64,000 bases of DNA from Octopus bimaculoides (lineage: Eukaryota): NCBI RefSeq assembly GCF_001194135.2, contig NC_068983.1, positions 54,042,889 to 54,106,888 on the forward strand, in the 5' to 3' direction. Below the pieces are notes generated by a model. The model was not told where the DNA came from. It did not search any database and saw nothing but the letters and a program-made list of their open reading frames with translations. Shown in pieces: positions 25,346-37,111 of the stretch; the stretch's first letter is position 1; each line of letters starts with the position of its first letter. The translations under genes and the position numbers were made by a program.

Positions 25346-26554
25346 TCTCACCGGGCAATGTGTTGAAGGCGGTTTAAACAAAATGCTCCTCCACTCTTGC
25401 CAAGGAGATTTGCGCTGACATCTCCAGGTTTTTAGACAGACCGAACCAAACATTCACGCAATATCTCGAAAGTAACTTCCTTTGACGTGGCGCTGTTTTT
25501 CCACCTCTCCCAGTATGAAATATTGCTGTTATTATTTGCAAAAGACCAATACAGTCAAAACTCTTTATGCAATAAAAAAATTTTTTCTGTCAATTGTTTG
25601 CAAGCGTTTTTAGTGAATGAAAATGTATTTCTAGAGCTGTGTGAAGAAATAACTAACACAGCTACCGTTACTGCATTTGACGTAACGCCCAACACACTCG
25701 TGCAGAGATATTTTAGCGCATTCTGTACGAAAACCTCAGGCCAATATTTAACAAAACAACTAAACCACATTAAACACTAAAAAAATTAATAAACTAATCT
25801 CAAATTAATTAGACTTATCTCAGATAAGAGAGCTATGAGGCGATCCCCAACTAAGAGGCCTGAGAAATCGCCCTCTATAAATCTGTCTTTGCTCTTAGTT
25901 TGCTTGTTATATTTAGCTATATTCATCTGCCTAACAATTTAATTATAACAAAGTCGGCACTAGTATATTTTGATCTTGATAAGCTAATGAATTTTAATTA
26001 ATTAAAACTACACACATAATGATGAGAACCATCATTATCTAAATGGCTAATTATAACGTTCATATGCAAATAACATAATTGAAGAAGATATATGCACGCA
26101 CACATTACATTATTTTGGAGTCTAGAATAAAATTTGCAACACACACAAATGCACAGGCACGCATACACTCGCGTGCACGCATGCAAAAGACACAAAAATG
26201 ACTAAAAAGATTATCTTTTGCGTTTATTTAAACTTTACTTCAACTGACCTCCTTGATTCAAGTTGGCATGTCAAATTAGGAAACCTAGATAAGCAATTTT
26301 CGTTTGTCAGTAACGTATATTTTTTGAAGTCTTTATTTTCTCCACACACACACACAATATGAAATGTGTGTATATACGTAGGCTCGCACACTTGTAAAAT
26401 AGGATATAGTTCTTAACTGTGTATGTGAGTGTATGCGTTACAACGCGCACAAACCTAGTTAAAAAGCAAGTTAATCACACAGCCCTTACATATATCATGC
26501 TCTAACTTCTTAATCTTCCCTCTCTCTCTACCTTTGTCATATATATCTATTTCT

Positions 26555-26850
26555 TTATTGACCATAGGCGGGGGGGGGCAGACAAAGGGATTAAGTCGAT
26601 TACATGGACGCAGTGCGTAACTGGTACTTATTTAATCGACCCCGAAAGGATGAAGGGCAAAGTTGACCTCGGCGGAATTTGAACTCAGAACATAAAGACA
26701 AACGAAATACCGCTAAGCATTTCACCCAGCATGCTAACGTTTCTTATTTCTTTATTGCCCACAAGGGGCTACACACAGAGGGGATAAACAAGGACAGACA
26801 AAGGGATTAAGTCGATTACATGGACGCAGTGCGTAACTGGTACTTATTTA
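26555..26850 (-). mobile_element. Two adjacent family A1 SINE copies, the second cut by the gap
   Basis: gacaaagggattaagtcgattacatggacgcagtgcgtaactggtacttattta occurs twice. Confidence 0.8.
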
Positions 26851-27848
26851 NNNNNNNNNNNNNNNNNNNNNNNNNNNNNNNNNNNNNNNNNNNNNNNNNN
26901 NNNNNNNNNNNNNNNNNNNNNNNNNNNNNNNNNNNNNNNNNNNNNNNNNNNNNNNNNNNNNNNNNNNNNNNNNNNNNNNNNNNNNNNNNNNNNNNNNNNN
27001 NNNNNNNNNNNNNNNNNNNNNNNNNNNNNNNNNNNNNNNNNNNNNNNNNNNNNNNNNNNNNNNNNNNNNNNNNNNNNNNNNNNNNNNNNNNNNNNNNNNN
27101 NNNNNNNNNNNNNNNNNNNNNNNNNNNNNNNNNNNNNNNNNNNNNNNNNNNNNNNNNNNNNNNNNNNNNNNNNNNNNNNNNNNNNNNNNNNNNNNNNNNN
27201 NNNNNNNNNNNNNNNNNNNNNNNNNNNNNNNNNNNNNNNNNNNNNNNNNNNNNNNNNNNNNNNNNNNNNNNNNNNNNNNNNNNNNNNNNNNNNNNNNNNN
27301 NNNNNNNNNNNNNNNNNNNNNNNNNNNNNNNNNNNNNNNNNNNNNNNNNNNNNNNNNNNNNNNNNNNNNNNNNNNNNNNNNNNNNNNNNNNNNNNNNNNN
27401 NNNNNNNNNNNNNNNNNNNNNNNNNNNNNNNNNNNNNNNNNNNNNNNNNNNNNNNNNNNNNNNNNNNNNNNNNNNNNNNNNNNNNNNNNNNNNNNNNNNN
27501 NNNNNNNNNNNNNNNNNNNNNNNNNNNNNNNNNNNNNNNNNNNNNNNNNNNNNNNNNNNNNNNNNNNNNNNNNNNNNNNNNNNNNNNNNNNNNNNNNNNN
27601 NNNNNNNNNNNNNNNNNNNNNNNNNNNNNNNNNNNNNNNNNNNNNNNNNNNNNNNNNNNNNNNNNNNNNNNNNNNNNNNNNNNNNNNNNNNNNNNNNNNN
27701 NNNNNNNNNNNNNNNNNNNNNNNNNNNNNNNNNNNNNNNNNNNNNNNNNNNNNNNNNNNNNNNNNNNNNNNNNNNNNNNNNNNNNNNNNNNNNNNNNNNN
27801 NNNNNNNNNNNNNNNNNNNNNNNNNNNNNNNNNNNNNNNNNNNNNNNN
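26851..27848. other. Assembly gap (N run)
   Basis: Run of N followed by (AT)n. Confidence 1.
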
Positions 27849-27880
<32 letters not shown>

Positions 27881-29279
27881 GTTTGGCAACAGGGACCGAT
27901 AGAATAAGTACCAGACTTGAAAGAAAAAATGTCCTGGGGGGTCGATTCATTGGACTAAGAATTCTTCAAGGCGATTCCCCAGCATGGCCGCAGTCTAACG
28001 ATTGACACAAGTAAAAGATTAACAATGTACGTGCATGCGCGCACATGCTCACCACACACACAGTTTGCCGTCCCCGGGACCCCACAAAAAATACATATTG
28101 CACAGTGACTATATCGATTGTTGCATTTAACGGTGTGTAGTGTCCGTGTCTCGACATTAAACCCATTATTATTTGATTTCGTTACAGCAGATACAGACTT
28201 ATAGCCTGCAACAGAACTCATAAAATTGCCGCCCGGAGAAGACTGCCCCCTCTAGCCACGCTAGTGATACACACACACTCCACACCACAACAACAAAAAC
28301 TTGAACAAGCAAAAACAAGGAACTAATAACAGACAAACGTTATCAAAGACAGACTAAATCCGTCACACGTAGTCACGTATAGAAACAACACACATAATGA
28401 CACTGTCACGCGCAAATATGTTGACGTAGAGATGATACGCACACGAGACACTATCATGTGCACACACACGAGAGAAAATATCACGCGCGCGCGAGCGCAG
28501 ACACACACACACACACAAGACTTGGCAGAGTCGTTAGGGCATCGGTCAAAATATTTCGTGGTATTTCTTCCAGCTTATGTTCTAAGTTCAAATCCTGCTG
28601 AGCTCGACTTTGCCTTTTTATCTTGCTTATAAATAAATTGCGGATGGAATCGCTTGAGCGTTGAACAGGAATATTTTACAGTCGATGTTCTGTCTCTAAA
28701 GCCGCGAGCTGGCAGAATAGTTAGTACTTCGGACAAAATGCTTAGTTGCATTTCGTCCGTCTTTATATTCCGAGTTCAAATTCGGCCGATGTAAATTATA
28801 CCTTTCATCCCTTCGGGGTCGATAAAATAAGTACCAGTTGAGCACGAAATTGCTGGCCTTCTGCCAAAATTTTAAACTAATGTTCTGTCATTGTATTCTG
28901 AGTTCAAATCCGGCGTTAGCTTACTTGGTTGATGGTAAACATAATCTGTATAAAACTCCCACTAATCATTTAAAACACTTTGTGCTTGAGACACGGGTAC
29001 ATTGGACACCTACCTAGGGGCCTCACGAGTTTAGAGACCAATGCAAATCTTTGTAAGCTGTAGTTGTATTTATAGGAGTCCCAGGACACTGTTTTGCCCG
29101 GGGGCCTATAGTACTGTAAAGGCGGCCCTGAAAGCACCCTGTTTCTTGAGTGCCTTTAGTGCTATAGGAAAGTGGGTTATACATCTTTAGATTGTATACC
29201 TGACTTTCCTATATAAAATTAAAGAATATAACGGAACGCTGAACACCAGACTAAACAACACTTTATTTAGGTGGTAAAC

Positions 29280-29460
29280 TTATAAACACATCTTTAGTTC
29301 TTGTTGTGAGCGAGCTGTCGAGTGTAAGTCCGAAAGATGTAGAGACAGCTTTAAACACACGTCCATGCTCAATCGCTGGCCAGCGAGAAAGAGAATGAAT
29401 TGAGCGGGAAACGCTTGCTTGTTTAATTCTACGCATGCGCAGGCGTTACTACAGTGCTAT
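29280..29460 (-). promoter_or_regulatory. Candidate CpG-rich housekeeping-type promoter
   Basis: E2F-like GCGGGAAA 29404-29411 and NRF1-like TACGCATGCGCA 29430-29441; possible minus-strand donor CAG|GTATAC at 29200/29199. Confidence 0.35.
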
Positions 29461-30359
29461 GGTCCTCGACCATTTTCAGCCTATGAACCCCTTTGATTTA
29501 TATTTTATTTTACTGGACACCCTCCTGTTCCCCCAGATCCTACTTTTTATAATTGTTATTAAGAAGTGTATATAAAAGCATAAAATATTTTCTGTATTGT
29601 GGAAGTATAACCAGTTTTATTGCACAAATTTCAACAACAAAATCTTATCTGGAACCCCAGGGGCCATATGGAGCCCAGTTGAGAACCACTGCTTTAGGGC
29701 CCTAGCGTAGCTTGTGGGGTTCGGCGACGGCAAACGGAAGGGCCGCCCCGAGCAGCACACACTCTAGCGACGCTAGTGCTTTAGGGACTGCTTTAGTAGA
29801 TCCCATTGTGCCGCAAGCATTGAAGCCATCTCTCTAGTTTGAGGATATATTCCTCTTTCCCTCACACCAGTCTCAGAAGTCCTGTAACTGATTATAGGGA
29901 GTGTCAGTCCCACTAACTAAGCAGGCGTTGGCATTGCTGTGTGGTAAGAAGCTCGCTTTACAGTCACGTGGTTTCGGGTTCGATTCCCCAGTGCAGCAAC
30001 TTAGGCAAATATCTTCTACTGTAGTGCTGAGCTGACCAATGCCTTGTAAGTGAATTTGGTCGACGGAAACTGTATGAGAAAGTGAGTGCGCGTGCGCGTT
30101 GTTTGTTCCCTCAATGTTTGACAATTGGTGTTGGTTTGTTTACGTCCCCGAAACTTAGTGGTTTGGCAAAAAATAAAAAGAAGTACCAGGCTTCAAGACA
30201 CTTAAACACTGGGAGTCGATTTGTTAGACTAAACTCTTCAGGGCGGTGCCCCAGCATGGCCGCAGTCCAATGACCGGGATAAGTAAAAGATAAAACGTAT
30301 GGATGCAATAACACGCTCGTAGAATGATACAATCTCATGCACACACAATGACGAATTGA

Positions 30360-30552
30360 CATGTTGGCACTCCGTCGCTTACGACGTCGAGGGTTCCAGT
30401 TGATCCGATCAACGGAACAGCCTGCTCATGAAATTAACATGCAAGTGGCTGAGCACTCCACAGCCACGTGTACCCTTAACATAGTTCTCGGGGATATTCA
30501 GCGTGACACAGTGTGACAAGACTGACCCTTTGAATTACAGGCACAACAGAAA
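30360..30552 (-). mobile_element. SINE-like family F, 3' portion
   Basis: gttggcactccgtcgcttacgacgtcgagggttccagttgatccgatc... recognised from memory as an abundant cephalopod repeat; single copy here. Confidence 0.5.
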
Positions 30553-30582
30553 GTTTTTTCGTTGTCTTTGGCTTAATATACT

Positions 30583-30808
30583 CTTATTTTCTTTAGTGCC
30601 CACAAGGGGCTAAACATTGAGGGGACAAACAAGGACAGACAAAGGGATTTAGTCGGTTACATCGACTCCAGTACGTAACTGGTACTTAATTTATCGACTC
30701 CGAAAGGATGAAAGGCAAAGTCGACCTCGGTGGAATTTGAACTCAGAACGTAACGGCAGACGAAATACCGCTAAGCATTTCGCCCGGCGTGCTAACGTTT
30801 CTGCCATT
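30583..30808 (-). mobile_element. SINE family A1, CpG-retaining copy
   Basis: Reverse complement closely matches 4207-4442. Confidence 0.9.
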
Positions 30809-32544
30809 ACGATATGACCTTACGATCTTCAGCCCTACACTCTAGTCATCAGACTGCTAACGATTCTGCCAGCTCGCCGCCTTCTCAGAAGTAATAATGA
30901 AGACTTTTGTAAACCAATCAATAGCTTTAATTCTTCCAGCCTATTTTCCCACTTCGTAGTCTTTCAGAACGGTTTCTCATGGATCTTGAATATATCCACT
31001 TTCATATGTTCCCCACACATGACCAATTTCTCTTGACAACTTTACCTACAACCGTGGTCTGAAATCCAAAGAGAGGTCTGTGAATATCTGGCGGTTTTTA
31101 CTTAAAAAGAAAAAAAAAATCTCACGTGCCGCGTGAATTGTGAAAGGATTTTCCGGGGATTGGGACAAAGCAATGTTGCTCCGAATTGGAAAATTCCTCT
31201 CTGTTGTTTTGTCTACAAATAGCACGAAGCTATTCTCTTAAAGAGTATAAACGAGTTTATGGGACAACAGAGTTAAAACTTTCACTCACTCTGATGACCG
31301 GAGTGACCAGGTCTGCAAAATCTCAATCAGAACACATCAGATTTAGAATGTCATGTCAGGACCGGTGATTATCTTAAGCGAGTTGCTATAAATGGGGTCT
31401 AGGAGGCCCATATACCTATTTGTAAGACAATTTCGTATTTGGACGAAAGATAGGAGACTATTTTTTCAATACGGCACTAGGACTCAGAACACCTAAAAGG
31501 ATGGCTTTGGTCGGGGGCACAAAAGTGTAACGACCCCACGATGACATAGCAGACAAGGTTATCACTGTGCATTTTAAAATCAACATATAAGGATCTTCAA
31601 AAGTCTGTCATGAGTCTACAAGATCCTTGTGCTGAAGCTTATTCCGGTTTCGTGACTCATAAATAATTATCCGTCCTTCGCTATACATTGAACGGGGCGC
31701 CAGTCCATTTACGTCACTTCAGTCTACTCAATTGAAAATGAAGTGTTTTGCTGGATAACACAACTCACCGCTCATTCTGAGAATCGAAACTATGACCTTA
31801 CGATCTTCAACACAACACTCTACTCATCAGACTGCACACTTTCTTAACAATGGTCGTTAATCAAAATGATGTCAGTAACACTTCATATCAAGATCGGAGC
31901 CTCGTAAACTAAAAACTGACATTTCAGACATTGTGACTGCAGCTGGTCACATTTTCTGAGCTGTCGACTAAAAACAGAATTGACATATCGATTTCGTAAA
32001 AAGTAGCACAAAATTTTCAATGTTTGTATGGTTAAGAAGTTCGCTTTGCAACTACGAGGTTTGGGGTTCAGTCCTACTGCGTGGCACCTCTGGCGTCTCC
32101 CACTATAGCCCGAGGCCAACTAATTCCTTCTATGTAAATTTGGTAGACAGAAATGTTGCTGAAGCCGGTCGTGTGTGTATGTGCTTGTCTCACTGCTTGA
32201 GAAATGGTGTTAGCCTGTTTACTTAGCGGTTTGGGAAAAACAGGCCGATAGAATAAACACCACTCTTTAAAATAAAATGAGTATGGGGCCAATTTTGCTG
32301 AAACCCTCCAAGATAGCGCCCCCGAGCATGTCTGCACTCCAATGACTGAAATATAAATATATATATATATACACACACACACAAATAAGAGGAATGACCA
32401 GCAAAAGTGGACTCCTGGTCATTCCTCTTATTTTTGTATGTAGAATAATTTTAATCTTCGGATTTTTTTAATATGCTAGACCACTGGTTTTAATTGATTA
32501 ATATCAATTTCTACCCTCATTAATAAATTTTATATATATATATA

Positions 32545-33000
32545 TATTAAATTCTTTTAGTTGTCATTTGACAGCAGCGATGCTGCAGCATCACCTTTAG
32601 TCGAACGAATCAACCCAGGACTTATTCTTTGTAAGCCTAAGACTTATTCTATCGGTCTCTTTGTCGAACCGCCAAGTTACGGGGACGTAAACGCCAACAT
32701 CGGTTGTCAAGCGATGGTGCTGGGGACAAACGCACGCACGCACATACGTACATACATACATATATATNNNNNNNNNNNNNNNNNNNNNNNNNNNNNNNNN
32801 NNNNNNNNNNNNNNNNNNNNNNATACACACACACACACACACAACGGACTTCTTTCAGTTTCCGTCTACCAAATCCACCCACAGGGATTTGGCCGGCCCG
32901 AGGCTATAGTAGAAGACACTTTCCCCAGGTGCCACGCCGTGGGATTAAACCTGAAACCATGTGGTTGGAAAGCAAGCTTCTTACCACTCAGCCACGCCTG
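32545..33000 (-). mobile_element. SINE family B1, full length, with a gap (32768-32822) in its internal microsatellite
   Basis: Both halves match 33261-33632 in reverse. Confidence 0.85.
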
Positions 33001-33260
33001 TGTGATATACATATATGTATATATAAAAAATCTCGCGATTCCCTGTAGGTCGGTTCCAATTTACTTCGTTCATAATTTAATGATATTCAATAGGATTCCT
33101 AAAAAATTTTAAATTCTAAGTAGCCTTCACACACACCACACAAGCGTAACAACTGAAACATAGTCATCAACATTTTTTCCCCACCAACACCCCACTGCAC
33201 CCCGCAATTAAAAAAAAAATTCGATATAATCCTAAGCGACACCATTTGAAAGGTATCTGA

Positions 33261-33399
33261 AGTAGCTTGCTTACCAACCACATGGTTCCGGGTTCAGTCC
33301 TACTGCGTGGCACCTTGGGCAAGTGTCTTCTACTATAGCCTCGGGCCGACCAAAGCATTGTGAGTGGATTTGGTAGAGAGAAACTGAAAGAAGCCAGTC

Positions 33400-33447
<48 letters not shown>

Positions 33448-33632
33448 TTGTGTGTTTGTCCCCCTACCATCGCTTGACAACCGATGGTGGTGTGTTTAGT
33501 ACCTGTAACCTAGCGGTTCGGCAAAAAGAGACCGATAGAATAAGTACCAGGCTTACAAAGAATAAGTCTTGGGGTCGATTTGCTCGACTCTAGGCGGTGC
33601 TGCAGTCAAACGACTGAAACAAGTAAAAGAGT
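33261..33632 (+). mobile_element. SINE family B1, 5'-truncated, with about 20-bp TSD
   Basis: acaccatttgaaaggtatct (33239-33258) and acaccatctgaaatgtatct (33633-33652), 18/20 identical. Confidence 0.85.
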
Positions 33633-34177
33633 ACACCATCTGAAATGTATCTCAAGAAAATTTCAATAAAGAATACACATTTTTCAGTAAGTCACGAGAA
33701 ACAAAAGTCAGGAGTGGCACAGTTCCGCCTCCTATTGAAGGAATATGAATGTAATTTAATGAGGCGCCAGTACCACTTTAAAATAGACGTCATGTAATAT
33801 AGTTCACTCTAATTTGGTTTAATCTCATCCTATTTCTATAGTTTGCATGACAAATTTAAGATACAACTCAAGCGCATATTTTTCAAGGGAGATAACTAAC
33901 AATTACTAAAGTTATTTCCCTTTGACTACAAGCAAAATTACTGATCGAAATAAATATTTATGTTGGCGAATAATTTCTTTTCTGGTTATTCTGAAAGAAA
34001 CTTCTTTTAGAATATGCTGAAAACAATTAGATCACACGAGCTACCACTAATTTGAGTACAGCAGTCGACTTTACTTAACTTTGGTAATAAAACAGGACTG
34101 GTATTTTTTTTTGGGCCTGATATAGTTGCGAAGGAAAAGCGTAGCAGGCTATTTTGACGCTTTAGTAATGTGTTTTG

Positions 34178-34809
34178 GGCATGCCTACACTAGTGTGCTC
34201 ACCGAATATGTTTTCCCTCATAACTTTTAGAAAAATGGATATTTTTTGATGAAATTATCAATAAATACGCTTTAGATGGTGCAGATTCCGATTAGATCGG
34301 AATTTGTTGTGAAATAAAATCTTTCTGAGAGTGAGGAGTTTCGGAAAATTTACACGGGTCGGTTTTCTTTCCCTATATCTTGCAGAAAAATGGGAATATT
34401 TTTTTTAGATGAAATTTTCTAGAAATACTTTTCAGAGAGTGTAAATTACGATTATATCATAATTTAATATGAAAAACTCCACAAAAAAAAAAAAAAAAAT
34501 GAGATCGTACACATACATACTGATGCACATTCTATATAGCTACAAAATGAAACTTGAAATTCCGAAAGAAAATCGTGTTGTATAAATATGTACGAGTTCA
34601 CCAATTTTTTTTCAGTTTTTCCAAATTACCCATTTTTCTGAAAATTACGAGGGAAAAAAGCCAACTCGTTTGTATTTTCCGAAACTTCTCATCGGAAAAT
34701 TTATTTTCTGAAGCGTATTTGTAGAAAAATTAATAACAAAATATCCATTATTCTGGAAGTTATGAGGAAATAAATTTGTGTTTGAGGGGCACAATTATGT
34801 AGGTATGCC
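34178..34809. mobile_element. Foldback/MITE-like element with long imperfect inverted arms
   Basis: Ends ggcatgcctaca / tgtaggtatgcc; internal inverted pairs such as cctcataacttttagaaaaatggatattt vs aaatatccattattctggaagttatgagg and gagtttcggaaaatttacac vs gtttgtattttccgaaactt. Confidence 0.7.
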
Positions 34810-35190
34810 GATCACACCGATTATTTAAGTACAATGTCCGACTTTATTTAACTTTGGTGTTAGAACAAGAACCAGCATTGTTTCTTAGCATGATATGGTT
34901 GAGAGGTATGCGCGTAGCAGACTATAAAGACTTTTTAGCAATGTGCTTTGTACCGGTATTACTTCTAAACTGGAATTCCTATAGATCGCTGAATGTAATG
35001 GTAATAATAGTAACTTTAACACCGAGCAAACATTAAATCTAACCTTAAAATAAGGATATATAGACGGAGGCGTAGCCGTGTGGTAAGAAGTCCCACTGTG
35101 TGACACGTTGGGCAAGTATCTTCTATAACATCGAGCCGAACAAAGCTTTGTGAGTGGATTTGGTAGATGGAAACTGAAAGAAGCCCGTCG

Positions 35191-35227
<37 letters not shown>

Positions 35228-35229
<2 letters not shown>

Positions 35230-35494
35230 GAAAAATAGAAGTTGAAGAGGCACTGAGGATAGTTAAAATATTCTTTATCATTGAAATATTTGAAGCTTCA
35301 GCCAGTTACACAGTTTACACTGATTTTCAAAAGGTTCAAATAGAAAGGCAGTTGTCTTGCTTCTGACTAGAGTTTGAAGTTTTATTTGAACCTTTTGGAA
35401 ATCAGTTTAAACTGTGAAACCGGTTAAAGCTTCAAATATTTTAATAAAACGTATTTTAACTATTCTCAGTGCGTTTTCAACTTCTGTTTTTCCT
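35228..35494. repeat. 267-bp palindrome (arms about 115 bp) lying between the two halves of a family B SINE
   Basis: aggaaaaatagaagttgaagaggcactgagg...aaaggttcaaata mirrors tatttgaaccttt...ctcagtgcgttttcaacttctgtttttcct. Confidence 0.9.
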
Positions 35495-35958
35495 ACATTT
35501 CTATCCGTAGGGAATAAGATAACTTTGTTGTGTGTGTATATGTAAAATGTGGTGTTTCTGTGTTTGTCCCCTACAACCACTTGACAACCGGTGTTGGTGT
35601 GTTTACGTGCCTGTAACCTAGCTGTTCGGCAAAGATACCGATACTATAAGTATCAGACTTAAAAAAATATAAAGTGTGTACTGGGGTGGATTCGTCCGAC
35701 TTAAATTCCTCAAGGTGGCACCCGAGCATGGCCGCAGTTTAATTACTGAAACAAGGAAAAGATAAAATACACGTGTGTGTGTGTGCGTGCGTGTGCGCGC
35801 GCGTGCGTACGAAGATGTTTGTTTACATTGTATCTCGTCCATTAGTGGTTCGACAATTGAAAATCAGTGGGAAAAGTGCAAGATTGACTGGGGCCTATAT
35901 GATAAAATAAACATTTGAGAAGACATTCCAGCATTGATAGCAGTACAAGATATGAAAC

Positions 35959-36500
35959 CATCATCATCATCATCATCATCATCATCGTCGTTTAACGTCC
36001 GCTTTCCATGCTAGCATGGGTTGGACAATTTGACTGAGGACTGGTGAAACCAGATGACTACACCAGGCTCCAATCTGATTTGGCAGAGTTTCTACAGCCG
36101 GATTTCCTTCCTAACGCCAACCACTCTGAGAGAGATGTAGGTGCTTTTACGTGCACGAAGGCCAGTCAGGCGGTACTGGCAACGGCCACGCTCAAAACGG
36201 TGCATTTCATGTGTCACTCGCACATGAGCCAGTCCAGTGGCACCGGCAACGATCCCACTCGAAGGTCCATACACATGCTGCGGGCACAAGTGCCAGAAAG
36301 GCGACGCTGGGCACAGGTGCCATCACGTTTTGGCTTTCGCTTACCCCAACAGGTCTTCGCAAGCTGAGTTTCGTGTCCAAAGAATGAGACGACGTTGGCA
36401 TGGGTGCCAGTCGTCGAATTTAATTCGATTTCGATTGCCTTAACAGGTCTTCGCAAGTGGAGTTTAGTGTCCAATGAAGGAAGGTACGCATAAGTGGACT
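35959..36500 (-). mobile_element. SINE-like family C, long CpG-retaining copy with tandem 5' units
   Basis: (CAT)n-cgtttaacgtccgctttccatgctagcatgggttggac tail and repeated gccagtc/ggcac units. Confidence 0.85.
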
Positions 36501-37111
36501 GGCTGAGGTTTTAGATTTAAGTCTCATTTGGCTTGCCGGGTCTTCTCACGCAAAAAAAAAAAAAAATTCTTAGTCTCAAGGTAGGCAACTCTAAAATATG
36601 TCATTTGAGTTATTTCCCTTAGTTCAGAATGTCGTTGTTGCTATTTCCTTTTAGGTTGGTTATCAACCGATCGTCAGTAATCAAAATGTTATAAAGTGTT
36701 TATTTCGTTTTTTTTTAGACTCTAACTAAAATCAAAAGGCTTCAGAGTCCACAGGAAAGTACTAAACTCAATGATATCGACTAAGCTTCTCCCTGAATTT
36801 TCAAGCTTTGTGTATAGCAAAAATTATTTACCATTGTAATGTAAAATCTTTGAATTCAAGAAGAGTTGTAGCGCGGCTGTCTTGACTGCAAAGATCATTT
36901 CAATGGATTTATTGCAAAAAGACTGTGGTTATCATAAGAAAAAGAAACTTCCCTGTGAAGGACTTTCTAAACATTGAAAACCTTATTCCAAATGTTATAC
37001 GAATGTCAAGATCGTTATACTGTATTTCTTCTTTTTCTTATCATCCTCATGTTAAATACATGCTAATTTAATTAGCAGGAATTTTATCTTGAGGTTTGAA
37101 AACAACAAATC

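Noticed and set aside
26578-26850. Identical about 55-bp SINE segment duplicated next to the gap
   Set aside because: Its position at a contig end makes an assembly overlap as likely as a real duplication
26816-27950. Long ORFs (352-368 aa) in the ORF track, and similar ones at 14887-15105, 32561-33112 and 62410-62900
   Set aside because: They are reads through N runs, not coding sequence
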